Assembly: GCA_977017645.1 (NCBI GenBank)
Contig: OZ360232.1
Location: 82,522,001-82,586,000, forward strand
DNA: 64,000 nucleotides
Direction: 5' to 3'
Source of the DNA: Torpedo marmorata
Lineage: Eukaryota
Part shown: piece by piece, positions 23,985 to 36,505 of the stretch
Position numbering within the stretch: the stretch's first letter is position 1
How the letters are laid out: each line of letters starts with the position of its first letter
Notes under the pieces: generated by a model
Seen by the model: the letters and a program-made list of their open reading frames with translations, nothing else
The model's database searches: none
What the model was told of the DNA's origin: nothing
Position numbers and translations under genes: made by a program

Positions 23985-24265
23985 TGTTAGGGGGAGGGGG
24001 AGGGTTGGGGAGGTCAGAGGGGGGAGGTGGAGGGTGGGGGAGGTTGGAGGGAGGAGGAGGGGTGTTGGCGGGGGGAGGTGGGGTCGGAGGGGGGATGTGG
24101 GGGTTGGGGGAGGTAGGAGGGTGGGAGAGGGGGGTAGGGAGGGGAGCCAGAGAGAGGGGGGGGATGAGGTCTGAGGGTTGGGGAGGAGAGGGGGGCAGAG
24201 AGGGGGAGATGGGGGTGGAGTAGGGAGAGATGTAGGAGGATAGGGAAGGAGTAGTGAGGGGGATA
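23985..24265. repeat. G-rich low-complexity tract inside the PLE (Pro-rich on the coding strand; G-quadruplex potential)
   Basis: Dense G3 to G6 runs on the plus strand. Confidence 0.85.
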
Positions 24266-24486
24266 GGTAAGTGGGATCCAGTAGCGAGATGAGGACTCCA
24301 GTGGCAGTCAGCGTGGGAGGCTCCAGCAGGTATCAGTCTGTGTCGGGAGTCGGCAGTGGAGGCATCAGGAGTTCAGGTGAGTAGCGGCTCGGGGCCCGGG
24401 TTGGAGTGGGTGGCCGTGGCGTCGGGAGTACCTTCGTGTCGGCGCCCGGGGCGCGGGTAGGAGTGGGCGGCTGTGGCGTTGTGAGT

Positions 24487-24745
24487 CGGCGGCCGGAGTC
24501 GAGGCTCGGGTCGGCGGCCGTGGCGTTGGGAGCTCCAGAGAGACGACGGTCGGGGTCCAGGCTCGGGTTGGCGGCCGTGGCGTTGGGAGCTCCGGTGAGT
24601 CGGCGGCCAGGGTCCAGGCTTGGGTCAGCGGCTGTGGCATTGGGAGCTCCAGAGGGCAGGCGGCCGGGACCAGGGATCAGGTCGGCGGACGCGGCGTTGG
24701 GAGCTCCGGAGGGCAGGCGGCCGGGGCCGAGATGGGGATCCACGT
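24487..24745 (-). repeat. 57-bp coding minisatellite (19 aa, about 4.5 units) in the PLE N-terminal region
   Basis: Units start at 24487, 24544, 24601, 24658 and 24715 and encode variants of PGRLPSGAPNATAADPSLD. Confidence 0.9.
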
Positions 24746-25789
24746 ACAGGATCGCAGAGGCTGCAGTCTCGAGGGAGGCAAACTTACGGTTCTTGATGGA
24801 CGCCAGGTGGATGTAGAGCCGGCGGTTGAACGCGTGGATCCGGCGGCAGATGTAGTATAGGAGGGGTCCGCTGCAGGCCATTGCCAGCGAGGTCCGGAGC
24901 TGTGGCAGGGAGAGGGCGAGTTGCCGCTGGTATCTCCGCATCGAGGTGAGGGTGGTGCGGAGGAGTCGTTGGGAGAAGCGGAGAGAGCAGCAGTCGATGC
25001 TGTGGAGGTACCTGATGTCCTTGCGAGGGCCAAACTGCGAGGCCTGGAATCGAAGCTGGAAACCACGAGGCACAAGATGGCGGCGGAGGCAAGTAGCAAG
25101 GAAGGCAACGTGGCTGTGGAATCGAGTCTGGGTGAGTACATGGTCGTAGAGCTTGAGAGCAGCAGGGGTTGCAGATGGGGAGCAGTGAGAGAGAATCCCA
25201 CAGAACTCCCTTCGGAGAGCAAAGGCGAACTTCTTCAGGGTAGGCATCACTCAGAATCCAAAGGGGCCACATCCAAAAAAAGGTTGAGATGGCTGGCTTA
25301 GACCATCAGAAAGTTTTATGAATTACAACCATACAGGCTGATTTGATCTTTTCTCACTGATGATGACTCTCTAATTTTCTTTGAGAAGCCATTTTACAAT
25401 TTCACCTTTAAATCTTTGTCTTCACCTTTGTTATCTAACTCAATTATATTAACTCAAACTGATTTTGTCAAATCCTCAAAAATAATCCTATAAGTTTGTT
25501 AGATGTGATCTTGCTTTCATGCGTCCACTCAAGGCCCTCTTCATTTCATTCAAACTTGCCAGTTAATCCTGAATTACTTATTTTATATCAGAGTTCATGT
25601 GATACTCATTACTGACAGCAAAGTAACTGGTCTGCTGTTTTCATGTTTTCACCCTGGAAGTTCCTTGCAAATGTGAACATTACTTTTAGCAGTCTAGTCA
25701 TCTGGAATACAGGGAAGATAGCAAATACCCGTGCCCAGGTTTGTTAATAATAACCTCTCAATCGATGGTTCACTGTGTCACAAAATAAT

Positions 25790-26040
25790 TTAAATATTCA
25801 ATTTAGACAATCAGCACGGTAACAGGCCCTTTCAGCCCACGAGTCCATGCCGCCCAATTACACCCAATTGACCTACAACCCCCGTACATTTTGAAGGGTG
25901 GGAGGAAACCAGAGCACCCAGAGGAAACCCACGCAAACACGGTAGAACAAACAAACTCCTTACAAACAACGCCGGATTCGAACCCAGGTCGCTGGCGCTA
26001 TAGCAGCGTTGCACTAACCGCTACGCTAACCATACTGCCC
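25790..26040 (-). mobile_element. tRNA-derived SINE (V-SINE/HE1-like)
   Basis: A box (TAGCGTAGCGG), B box GGTTCGAATCC, central GGGTTTCCTCTGGGTGCTCTGGTTTCCTCCCAC domain and a TTTAAA-type tail. Confidence 0.88.
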
Positions 26041-26749
26041 AAATATTCCACCCATTTGTATAATTAAAGCTTTCCTTATGTCAGCATTTTCTGTTCATTA
26101 CCTATTTTTGGAAATTATTTCATAATGAAAAAAGGAACAGGTCAAAATGTAACAATGGAAACACTCAATGAAAATATTGGTAATGTAACAATCTTATAGA
26201 GGTTTGTAAGTATCAGTTTAATTAGTTATTGACATATCTTCATCAATGGACTTCAGCTGTTTGCTATTTTAATTCTCAACTCCACTCTGTATTTGACCTC
26301 TGATGTTGTTCAAATGACGTTTGAGGAAAAGCACCTCATTTTTTGGCTACAGTCTTTGGGACATAAGATTAAATTCAACACTTTTAGCTTACCAGCCTTT
26401 TCAGTTTGTATCAAAACGGGCCAGTTCTGATTATAAACTTATCAACCTGTAACATTAGCCCTTTTTATGGTGCAAACCTGCAATAAAGAAGGCTCAAGAA
26501 AAAAAATAAAAAGGTGAACTTACTTTTTATGGAGATGACCTACATGACGTTTCCAGCGTTGTCTTTATGCAGAGCTGGGTTGGGAGCCGGCATCCCGATC
26601 ATAGGGAGGCGGAGCGAGTGGTGCAGTAGCGCTGCCCGCCGCCGTGAAGTCAAACATACGTGCCGAGCAATGGCCGTCTTCGTTACCCATAATCCCCCAC
26701 GCAGCTGGAACCGCTCGGTCAGTGCCAGCGCCATGGAAACACAGAGCTC

Positions 26750-29700
26750 ATAACTCCTGTCCCTAAGTATCCTCTCCAATCGTTTGCCCACCACTGACGT
26801 AAGACTTTCTGGTCTATAATTCCCAGGATTCTCCCTATTACTTTTTTTAAACAAGGGGACCACATTTGCCATTCTCCAATCTTCCAGTACCTTCCGTGGC
26901 CAGGGTGGACACAAAGATCATTGCCAATGCCCCAGAAATCTCTTCCCTCGCTTCCTGCAATAACCTGGGGTATATCTCCTTTGATCCCGGGGACTTATCA
27001 ATCCTCATGCTTTTAAAGAATATCCAGCACTTCTTCTTTCTTAAGCTCAACATTCTCCAGCATGTATGTTTGTTCAATTCTGACCTCACTTTAACCAAGG
27101 TCCCTCTCTCTGGTGAACACTGAAGCAAATTATTCATTTAGGACCTCCCCCACCTCCAGGTACATGTTGTCTCCTATTTCCTTAAGCAACTCTACCTTTC
27201 ACTCTCATCATCCTTTGTTCTTCACGTATGCATAGAACGCCTGAGGGCTTTCCTTAATCCTACTTGTCAAGGCCTTCTCATGCCCCCATCTAGCTCTCCC
27301 AAGTCCTTCCTTAAGTTCCTTCCTGGCTACCACATAATTCTCATGAGCCCTTCCTGTCTTTTGCTTCATCAATCTTATATTTGCTTCCTTCTTCCTCTTA
27401 ACCAGCTGTCTCACCTGTTTAGTGAACCAGATTCCCTTATCCTGCCATCTTTTCCCTGCCTCAGCCAAACCTATCCGGGACCCCACACAAGTGGTTCCTA
27501 AACATCCTCCACATTACTTCTGTGCTTTTCCCTGAGAGCATCTGTTCCCAATTTACTCTCCCTAATTCCTGTCTAATCCAAACGTAATTAGCCCTTCCGC
27601 AATTAAACACTTTACCATGTTGTCTGCTTTTATCCTTGACCATAGCTGAGCTAAAGGTCAGTGAGTTGTGGTCACTTTCACTGAAATGCTACCCTATCAA
27701 GACTTCTGTCACCTGACCAGGTTCATTACCCAGTACTAGATCCAGTATGGCCTCTCCTCTCGTCAGCTGGTCCACATACTGTGTCAGGAATCCTTCTTGG
27801 ATACACCTGACAAATTTTGCTCCATCTATCCCCCTTGCAGTAAGGAGGTGCGAGTCAATATTTGGGAAGTTGAAGCCTCCCATGACAACTATCCTATAAT
27901 TTCTTTTTTTAATATTTTATTTAAAATTTTAAATCACAAAATACATAAGGTAAAATATAAAATTATCAAAATACTTGTGATACATTTTCACCCCCCCTCC
28001 CACCCTTCCCTCCCTAACCCTCCCATCCAATAAAATAAAAATAAAAAGAAAGAAAAAGATAGAATAAGGAGAATGTCAATCTAAAAAATACATCTATAAA
28101 CTAATTTTATTATGGAGGTTAGGTTCGCCAGTCAGATCCGATGTCCAGAGATCTTCAAATCCTTAAACCGACAACTTTCATATATGGGCTCCATATTTTT
28201 AAAAAGAAATGATATTTATTATGTAAATTGTAAGTATTTTTTTAAAGTAATTATTTCAAGTGGTATACATGAACGAAGTTGTGCATGCCATCTTTCTAAC
28301 CCTAAATCTACATCAGATTTCCAAGTAATAGCAATACATTTCTTTGAAACAGCTAAAGCAATTCGTAGAAATTCTATTTGATACATATTTAATTTCATCT
28401 TAATACTAACTTTTTTAATATCTCCAAACAGAAATATCATAGGGTCCATTGGGAATGTGAGTTTTAATACTTTGTCTTAAAAAATTTTAACTTTCAACCA
28501 AAAATCATAAACTTTTGGACAAAACCATGTAGAATGTACAAAAGAACCTTCCTCTCTATTACATCTAAAACATAAACCTGATAATGTCGCATTGAATTTC
28601 TTTAACTTTTTAGGTGTTAAATATAATTGATGAAAAAAATTATATTGTACTAGTCTATATCTAACATTAATAATCTTCGTCATACTGAGTTTACATAATT
28701 CTTTCCAATGATCTTCACCTATTGTTACATTCAAATCTAATTCCCACTTTAATCTTGATTTATGAATTCCTACTTTAGGAATTTTTCTCTGAAACAACCT
28801 GTACATTTGAGAAATAAATTTATTTACATCTCCCTTAGTAACTAATAATTCTAATTCATTCTGCCTTGGTAAAATCAAACTATAACCTAATTTCCCAACC
28901 AAAAATGCTCTAATTTGGTAATAAGCAAAAAGTGTATTATCCAATATATTAAATTTATCTTTCATTCTTTGAAACGTAATAAATTTACCAGCTTCAAAAC
29001 AATCACTTATTTTCTTAATTCCTTTTTGAAACCAAATTTTAAATAATTGATTATTAACAGTAAATGGAATAAGTTCATTTTGATATAGAGGCATTTTTGG
29101 AGAAATCGATCCTTTTCCTCCTATTTCCTTATCCACTTTGTTCCATATTTCTAGCAAATGTTTAAAGATAGGAGAGTTTTTCCTTCTTGTCGATATTAAT
29201 TTAGAATTCCATTTATAAATAACTTCTTCTTTGGAATCTTCTCCTATATTATTTAATTCTATTCTAATCCAAGCAGAAGATTTAGCTAAATCAAAAAGTT
29301 CATTAACAAATTTTAATTGAGCTGCTTTATAATAATTTTGAAAGTTAGGAAATTGTAAACCACCCATTTCATAGTTCCAAGTTAATTTCTCTATACCTAC
29401 CCTAGCCAACTTTCCTTTCCACAAAAACTTCCTAATAATTGAGTTTAGATCTTTAAAAAAATTTTGAGGAATTTCATAAGGAATTGATTGAAAGAGATAT
29501 TGAATTCTTGGAAAAACATTCATTTTGATACAATTTACCCTTCCCATTAAAGTTATAGCTAAATCTTTCCAACTCTCTAAATCTTTTTTAATTTTCATAA
29601 ACAATGGTAAATAATTTAATTTATATAAATGAACTAATTTTGTATCAATCTTTATTCCCAAATATTTAATTCCTTCTTTTGACCATTTAAATTGTGTAAT

Positions 29701-31412
29701 TTCTTTACATTTACTGTTATCCCCTTGCGTTAATGCCATAATTTCACTTTTATCAGAATTAATATTATAACCAGATATTTCCCCATATTCTCTCAATAAA
29801 GCAGTCAATTGTACTAAAGAAGTAATAGGTTTTGTCATGTATATCAATACATCATCTGCAAATAAACTAATTTTATTCTCTTCCCTTCCAACTTTAATAC
29901 CTACAATCTTAACATCTTGTCTAACTAATTCTGCCAAAGGTTCTATTGCTAAAGTAAACAATGCTGGTGACAAAGGACATCCTTGTCTAGTTGACCAGTC
30001 AGACGGAATCTTGAAGAAATTTGTCCATTTGTGACTACTTTAGCAGATGGTTCTTTATATATAGTTTTAATCCAGTTAATTAATGTAGTTCCAAAACCAA
30101 ATTTCTCCAATACCTTAAATAAAAACTTCCACTCTAATCTATCAAAAGCCTTTTCAGCATCTAACGTTAATACAAATGGTAAATCTTCCTTCTTTTTATG
30201 CACATTAATTAAACTAATTAATCTAGCTATATTATCTTTTGAATATCTATTTTTAATAAAACCAGCTTGATCTACATGAATTAAATCTGGTAGATAATTA
30301 GCCATTCTATTTGCTAAAATTTTTGCCATTATCTTATAATCTACATTTAACAATGAAATAGGTCTATATGATTCTGTTTTCAACACATCTCTATCTTTTT
30401 TAGGTATAACTGTAATTATTGCATTTGAAAATGTATCCGGTAACGAATGAGTTTCCGTAATTTGTTTCAACACATCCATATACGGAGGTATCAATAGATC
30501 TTTAAACTCCTTATAAAATTCTGATGGAAAACATCTTCCCCTGGAGATTTACCACTCGTTAAAGAAGTAAGAACCTCATTAACTTCCCTCATTGAGAAAG
30601 GTGAGTCTAAAAAATCTTTACTTTGAGTATTTAATCTAGGTAATTTAATTTTAGATAAAAATCTATTAATTTTAGAATCATCTTGATCAATCTGAGATTT
30701 ATATAAATTTAAATAATAATCTTTAAAAGAATCATTTATTTCTCGAGGTTTATACTTTATTTCCTTAGAATTCTTTTTTTTTTTATAGCATTTATAGTTC
30801 TAGAAGTTTGATCTTTCTTTAACTGCCACGCCAACACTTCATGTGCTCTTTCTCCCAATTCATAATATCTTTGTTTAGTTCTTTCAATTAATTTTTCCAT
30901 TTTATTTGTTTGTAACAAATTATAATGCAGTTTTTTTCCAACTAAATTGTTTCTTTTTTCTTCTGATCTCTTTTTTTGCAAATCCTTCTCCAAATATTCA
31001 ATCTCCTTCTCTAAAGTATGCACCTCCCGAAGATAATCCTTCTTAATTTTAGCTGAATAACTTATTATTTGACCTCTTAAGTAAGCCTTTAAAGCTTCCC
31101 AAATAATAAATTTATTATCAGTCGAATTAGAATTTATTTGTAAAAATTCCTGAATTTCCCTTCTCATATAATCACAAAAATCCATTCTTTTCAATAAAGA
31201 AGAATTAAATCTGCAGCTATGTATAGTTTTAACCCTATAATTTCTGCACCATTCCAAAATCTGCCTTCACATCTGCTCCTCAGTGTCCCCAGGACTATTG
31301 GAGGCTGAGAGATACTCCCAATACAGTGATCGCTTCTTTCCTGTTTCTGACTTCCACCCACACTGACTCCATAGATAATCCCTCCACAAAATCATCCCTT
31401 TCTGCTGCTGCA
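26750..31412 (-). mobile_element. CR1 LINE ORF2 fragment (endonuclease to start of RT), split by an L1
   Basis: ESVWVEVRN (about 31350), MGGFNFPNID, AILDLVLGNE, DKSPG, DWRMANVVPLFKK and NPGNYRP. Confidence 0.9.
27905..31233 (-). mobile_element. 5'-truncated L1-clade LINE, same subfamily as 15518-17929
   Basis: RFNSSLL, YRPISLLNVDYKI, DAEKAFD, LFADD and CFRC...H...C; T-tract at about 27905; 12-bp TSD CCTATAATTTCT (27893-27904 and 31234-31245). Confidence 0.95.
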
Positions 31413-31639
31413 CTTCTGAGAAGTTTGACACCAACAAATATGAAGCAAACTGCTTGACTGATGCCCCATCCACTACAGTAAATGCCCATTCTCTTCACCA
31501 TGGCACACAGTTATTTGTCTAGACTCCACCAACAGTACCTCCCAAGCCTGCTCCCTCCATCATTAAAAGGGACGGAGACTTCAAGCGTGCGGGATCATTA
31601 CCACCAATAAGTTCCCTTCCAAGTCACAAAATATCCCGT

Positions 31640-31862
31640 CCTTTTATCCTTATCCAATTATCACCTTTTGTCTATTGGCCTGTGCTTCCCCCCACCCCCC
31701 TTCCACTCTGCCTTTTCTTCCCTTCTCCCAAGTCCTTTTTATTCAGGCACGTGCCTGCTTTTTGCTAATTCCGTGAAGATGGGCTCAGGCCCGAAACGTC
31801 GGTTACCTCCTATGGATGCTGCGAGACCTGCTGAGTTCCTCCAGCAATTTTGTGTTTTTAAT
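31640..31862 (+). mobile_element. Penelope 3' terminal fragment with a hammerhead-like motif
   Basis: TGAAGA-tGGGCtcagGCCC-GAAAcgtcgg at about 31774-31802, then GATGCTGCGAGACCTGCTGAGTTCCTCCAGCA, homologous to 21480-21600. Confidence 0.75.
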
Positions 31863-32879
31863 ACAAAGATAGCTTCCTCCCTGCAGCCATCAGGCTTCTA
31901 AATGAACCCCAGAGTGTCATCATGCTGCCCTTGTTTGGTACTGTGAGCTTCCCCTTCATTGTGATCCAATACTCTGTAAATTGTGCTCTTTCCACAGCTG
32001 TATGAATGTTAAAGATAACCTGTTTGTCTATTCACATATTTTTCATGGTACTGTACACGGTATTTTGTGACTAATAGACTTAAACTTAAAACTTAAATGC
32101 AACTGTCAAGGTCCTAATCTTTGAATTCCCTCACACTTTAAGAAACGTTTTTAAGATCCTTCCACATCATGACCAAATTCTTTCACACTTCTGAGTGTAC
32201 TTTCACACAGCTATTTCAGTCAAGCCTTCTGCTTCTATGCCAGTATAATTAAGTTGCAGAAATCAATCAAAACCATTTGCTTGGCTATCTCTTGGCAGAT
32301 CTCATATGAGCATCATGCCAAATAATTTCAGTGAGGACATACACGATTCCCTGCTCCCACACCCTGAACCTACTCCTAACCTGTATAAAAAACACAATTT
32401 AATTCATCATAAATAATGCCATGGCAGTTGTCCTTATAAATGTCAAGGTATGAGCCAATCGCAATTAAGGAAGAGATTTTGTTGGAAATCAGTAAACTGG
32501 GCATTGGATCAAAGACCAACATTACACACAACAGATGCTGGCATTGTATTTGACAAAATAGGATCATAATTGTGTCTTGGCTTAGTTCAATTATCATTCT
32601 GCTGGTGTAGGATCAAGACTGTGGGAGGATCAGCCTCTCTCTATTTAATAAACCTGTTAACTGCTGCTTCATCTTTACCTGGAAATATGTTCTCTATACA
32701 GCTAACAAGTACCATATGCAGCATTGTGGAAGAAATTAGAACACATTGCCCCGGGAGCAACCATTGTTGGTCACCATTCGGAGTGCTAAGCTTCAACACC
32801 ACAGATTTTATTTCAGATTTTCAGCATTTGCAGTTTTTCAACAAGGCATCACCAAATTGAAACACCTGCAACTTAAGGT

Positions 32880-33860
32880 AAGTCCCTTTTGCCTGATCCA
32901 GACCCCTCCATTCCCTGCATATTGATGTGTTTATCTGATAGCGTTAAAAACACTACTACCATATCTGCTACCACCACAAACCTTGGCAGCCCGTTCCTTG
33001 CACCTACTACTGTGCAAAAAATACTTTACTGCACCTCTTGTTTAAACTTTCCCCCTTTGACAAAAGGGGGAATTTGACAAAATTCAAGAGGACATGCATT
33101 TTAGGTGAGAGGGGGAAAGATTCTGACTGTCTTCCCTATTTATGCCTCTCATGATTTTATAAACTTCTAACAGTTCAGAATCAGAATTTATTGTCATGAA
33201 CAAGTCATGAAATTCGGTGTTTTGCGGCAGCATCATAGTGCAAACATTCTTATTATAACCATCTTACGACATTACTATAAAAATATATAAATAATAGTGC
33301 ACGAAAAGTAAGGCAGTGTCTTTGGTTCATTGATTATTCAGGAATCTGATGGCAGCGGGGAAGAAGCTGTCCTTGTGCCGTTGAGTGCTCGTCTTTAGGC
33401 TCCTGTACCTTTTTCCCGATGGTAGCAGAGTGAAGAGGGCATGGCCTGGGTGGTGGGGGTCCTTGAGGATAGAGGCTGCTTTTTTAAGACACCGCCTCAT
33501 GTAGATGTCCTCGATGGAGTGAAGTCTGGTGCCTGTGATGTCACAGGCCGAGTTAACAACCCTCTGGAGTTTATTCTTGTCCTGAGAGTTGGCGCCTCCA
33601 TACCAGGCAGTGATGCAACCAGCCAGAATGCTCTCCACGGTACACCTGTAGACGTTTACGAGAGTCTTCGGTGTCCCCTCAGCCTCCGACACTCCAGAGA
33701 AAAGAACCCAGGTTCGTCAAATCTTTCCTTATAGCTCATATCCTCAAATCCAGGCATCATCCTGGTAAACCTCTTCTATGTCCTTTCTAGTCTCCACATC
33801 CTTCTTGTAATGGGGCAATAAAATTTGCACCCAATACTCCATGTGAGACCTAAAGCTGAC
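32880..33860 (-). mobile_element. Old CR1 3' fragment interrupted by Rex1 and carrying a micro-inversion
   Basis: Reverse-complement similarity to the CR1 at 62450-62900. Confidence 0.7.
33174..33675 (-). mobile_element. 5'-truncated Rex1-type LINE (subfamily B)
   Basis: PKTLVNVYRCTVESIL...AIRFLNNQ* followed by a TTCTGA tail; near-identical to 49905-50410. Confidence 0.93.
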
Positions 33861-34029
33861 CTTTCATCCTTTGTCCATCCCTTCTTCACATGCCACCCCA
33901 ATACACTCCCACACCACCAACTCCCTCTCATAACCCAATGATCTAAATTCTGACCTCCAGGCATAAATCCTGAGCCTGAGCTCAAATCATCCCCGATGAT
34001 TTTAAAAACCCTTCTTAAGTCTCAGCTTC

Positions 34030-34233
34030 TAATTTTTAATTTAATGCACCCATGTGACCAATTAAACTTCTAATGCCGTACGTCTTTGGAATGTGGGTGG
34101 AAACTTGAGCACCCGGAGGAAACCCACACAGACGCTGAGGGAACTTACAAACTCCTGACAGATAGCGGCGGATTTGAACCCGGGCGCTGGCGCTGTAATA
34201 GTGTTGTGCAAGCCACTACACTAACCGTGCTGT
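34030..34233 (-). mobile_element. tRNA-derived SINE
   Basis: Same family as 25790-26040; B box GGTTCAAATCC. Confidence 0.85.
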
Positions 34234-35136
34234 CCTTCTGACTGATCTCCTGTAGCTTTGGCCCCTTACCTTCTGATTCTCTAACGTTCAGGGCATACCA
34301 GAGTTCCAGGCCCCCTAAAACTCTATTCCCCTCATGCCCCAAGCCCCCAACTCCCCTGTGTTCTGTGACTTCTGATCGTCTAAACGACCAGCCACCACAT
34401 TTTCAAATAAAAACACATACAATGCCCATTCAGGAGCATCTGAGACCTTAATCACCACCACAATTTGCAAGGAAGACTCCATAATCAAAAAAGCCACTGA
34501 TGCAGTTTCAGCACCTGTTTAAACACCCATTTGGGTGCACTATAATTTTTAGACAGACATTCCAATGTTGCAAACGGGACTGAAATGTTTCACGTAGTGA
34601 TATATCTACCTATGCACCAAATTACGCAGCCTTCAGTGCAGCAGCTTAGACCCTTTCTGCAATTGCCATGAGAAAATATTTTGCATTGCATAATTGCAGA
34701 TTTACTGTCCAATTGCATTACTGAAAGTTCTTGCTATCATTGAAATTAACAATCAGATTAAATGATTTGAATGGGAGAAAACAGATGACTTTTGTGCAGG
34801 CACGTGGTTTGGTATAGGAGGTTGAAACAAGCCTTGAATCCACAATTCGCCCTGATATAAAAATCAACTGAAAAATAACTGTGGAGAGCTGAAGACAGGA
34901 AACGGCATATGTGTAAATTAGGAAGAGATTGCAATTAAATTCTTATCTTATTTGCCAACACATTATTTCTAGGTTTGAGCTGTTAATTACTGTGACCAAT
35001 GCTGATGAATACATTGATGATTTAAAAAAATGGTACAGAGTCTAGAAATCTGAAATAAAAACAGAAGATGCTGGAATGGGTAAAACCAGACTGCTATGAC
35101 ATGTTGCCTTGGCAGCTTTGGAATCAGCATATAAAG

Positions 35137-35460
35137 AATGCTTGCATTTAAATGGTGCTTCACATAACTTCACATGATAAATAATCACAGAGCAATTTAC
35201 TATTTTTGAAGCAAAGAAATTGACTGAGGAAACACAGCAACCAATTAACTCAAAGCAAGTTTCCATAAATATCAATACATTATGACAATATAATATGTTT
35301 TTGGAAATATTGTGTGAGGATTTATATTGGCAAACCACCAGTCAAACCTTGGACAACTTTCTTTGGAATAGTTCCGTCAGATTACTTTTGACCATGAGAA
35401 AGGACCTGACCTTACCTCAGATCCAAAAAGCCATATCTTTGACAGTACAGCATCACCACA
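35137..35460 (-). mobile_element. Ancient Deu-domain SINE (SacSINE1/AmnSINE1-like), heavily diverged
   Basis: Minus strand GCCAATATAAATCCTCA..., GGAAACTTGCT...AATTGGTTGCTGTGTTTCCT and TAAATGCAAG occur in the order I recall for the Deu-SINE consensus; not aligned computationally. Confidence 0.65.
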
Positions 35461-35809
35461 GAAATATATGTGGTGCCCATGAAAGTCTAAAGTGCTAATG
35501 ATTTGTCTATCAGGATGGATTGTGTGGGACATCAGCAGTTATTTTAATGGTATCTATTGCTGTCATTAATTGAAGTTCTACAACTAAATTAACCATGATC
35601 AATTAATTTCATTATAGAAGTCCATCAATGACAATACGCTCACAGAAAAATATAATTATTCCAAGATTAATGTCTGCAACAAAATCCTTGTAATTTAACA
35701 AATTAAACAAGAAAATAAGGAGTTAAATATTGTATTAGTGATCAATCATCCTGGGTCAAATAAAAAATTCAGCTATAATTCACTTGATTTATATTGCACA
35801 AGTATGGGC

Positions 35810-36130
35810 CAGTGCACTGATGCATCTAGTAGAATGACTCAGATTTCATCCTGACGTCTGGTGATGTCTCTGTGAAGTTCGCAAGTTCTCTCTGTGAACA
35901 TGGGTTTCCTCCAGGTTCGCCTGTTACCTTCCACATCCCATGTGTGGGTTTGTCAGTTAACTGGGTACTACAAGTTGCCCCTAGTGTGTCAGTGAGTGAT
36001 AGATACTGTGGGACAAGTTGAAAGAATGTGGGGAGAATTAAATGGTTTAGGGCAGAATTAGTACAAAAATGGGGTTTGGTAATCAGTACAGACTCTGGGT
36101 TGATGGGCCTAATTCTTTGTTGTGCCTGTC
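35810..36130 (+). mobile_element. Old tRNA-derived SINE (HE1-like)
   Basis: Central domain TGGGTTTCCTCCAGGTTCGCCTGTTACCTTCCACATCCCA and a CR1-like 3' end. Confidence 0.65.
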
Positions 36131-36505
36131 CATGATAAATCTAATATTGTCATTATGTACAGGATTAACATAGCAGCAGAATCATATCTATTTTAGGTGC
36201 AGCTTTAGATTATATTATCTGCCCACTGACAAATTATATGTGATTCTCTAATTCTACATTTCCGATGGTTCAGACTTTGTTTAAAGTAAGTTTTACATTC
36301 TTATAAGTTGGTGAATATCTGTTGGATCGTCAGACAGATAATTGCATGTTCTATGTACATGAGCCATTTACTCAGAAACATGCAATCAGTGTTCTGCTTT
36401 TCAATGCTTTTTATCAACATCTCACAACCAGGATGAACTTCACATTGTTGTTACTGGTATAATATTGGATCTGTTGGTTGTTGTTCAGAAGTTTCATTTT
36501 CATAC

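Larger units (their letters stand above)
21432..25255 (-). mobile_element. Near-full-length Penelope-like element (RT plus GIY-YIG endonuclease)
   Basis: ORF segments 24333-25250, 22516-23949, 22090-22500 and 21770-21997 carry PADKGG, PKIHK..PGRPI, MDVQSLYTSI, GVAMGT, RYIDD and GDRFAEH. The 3' terminal region carries a hammerhead motif. Confidence 0.93.
21259..25295. mobile_element. hAT-type MITE of about 210 bp (21259-about 21432 plus about 25255-25295), split by the Penelope insertion
   Basis: TIRs CAGCCATTCTCAAC and GTTGAGATGGCTG; 8-bp TSD GCTTCGAC / GCTTAGAC with one mismatch. Confidence 0.8.

Noticed and set aside
23516-24223. 235-aa Gly-rich plus-strand ORF
   Set aside because: It is the antisense of the C-rich Penelope tract, a low-complexity artefact.
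24487-24745. Regularly spaced repeats resembling a CRISPR array
   Set aside because: They are head-to-tail 57-bp coding units with no unique spacers, in a eukaryotic context with no cas genes.
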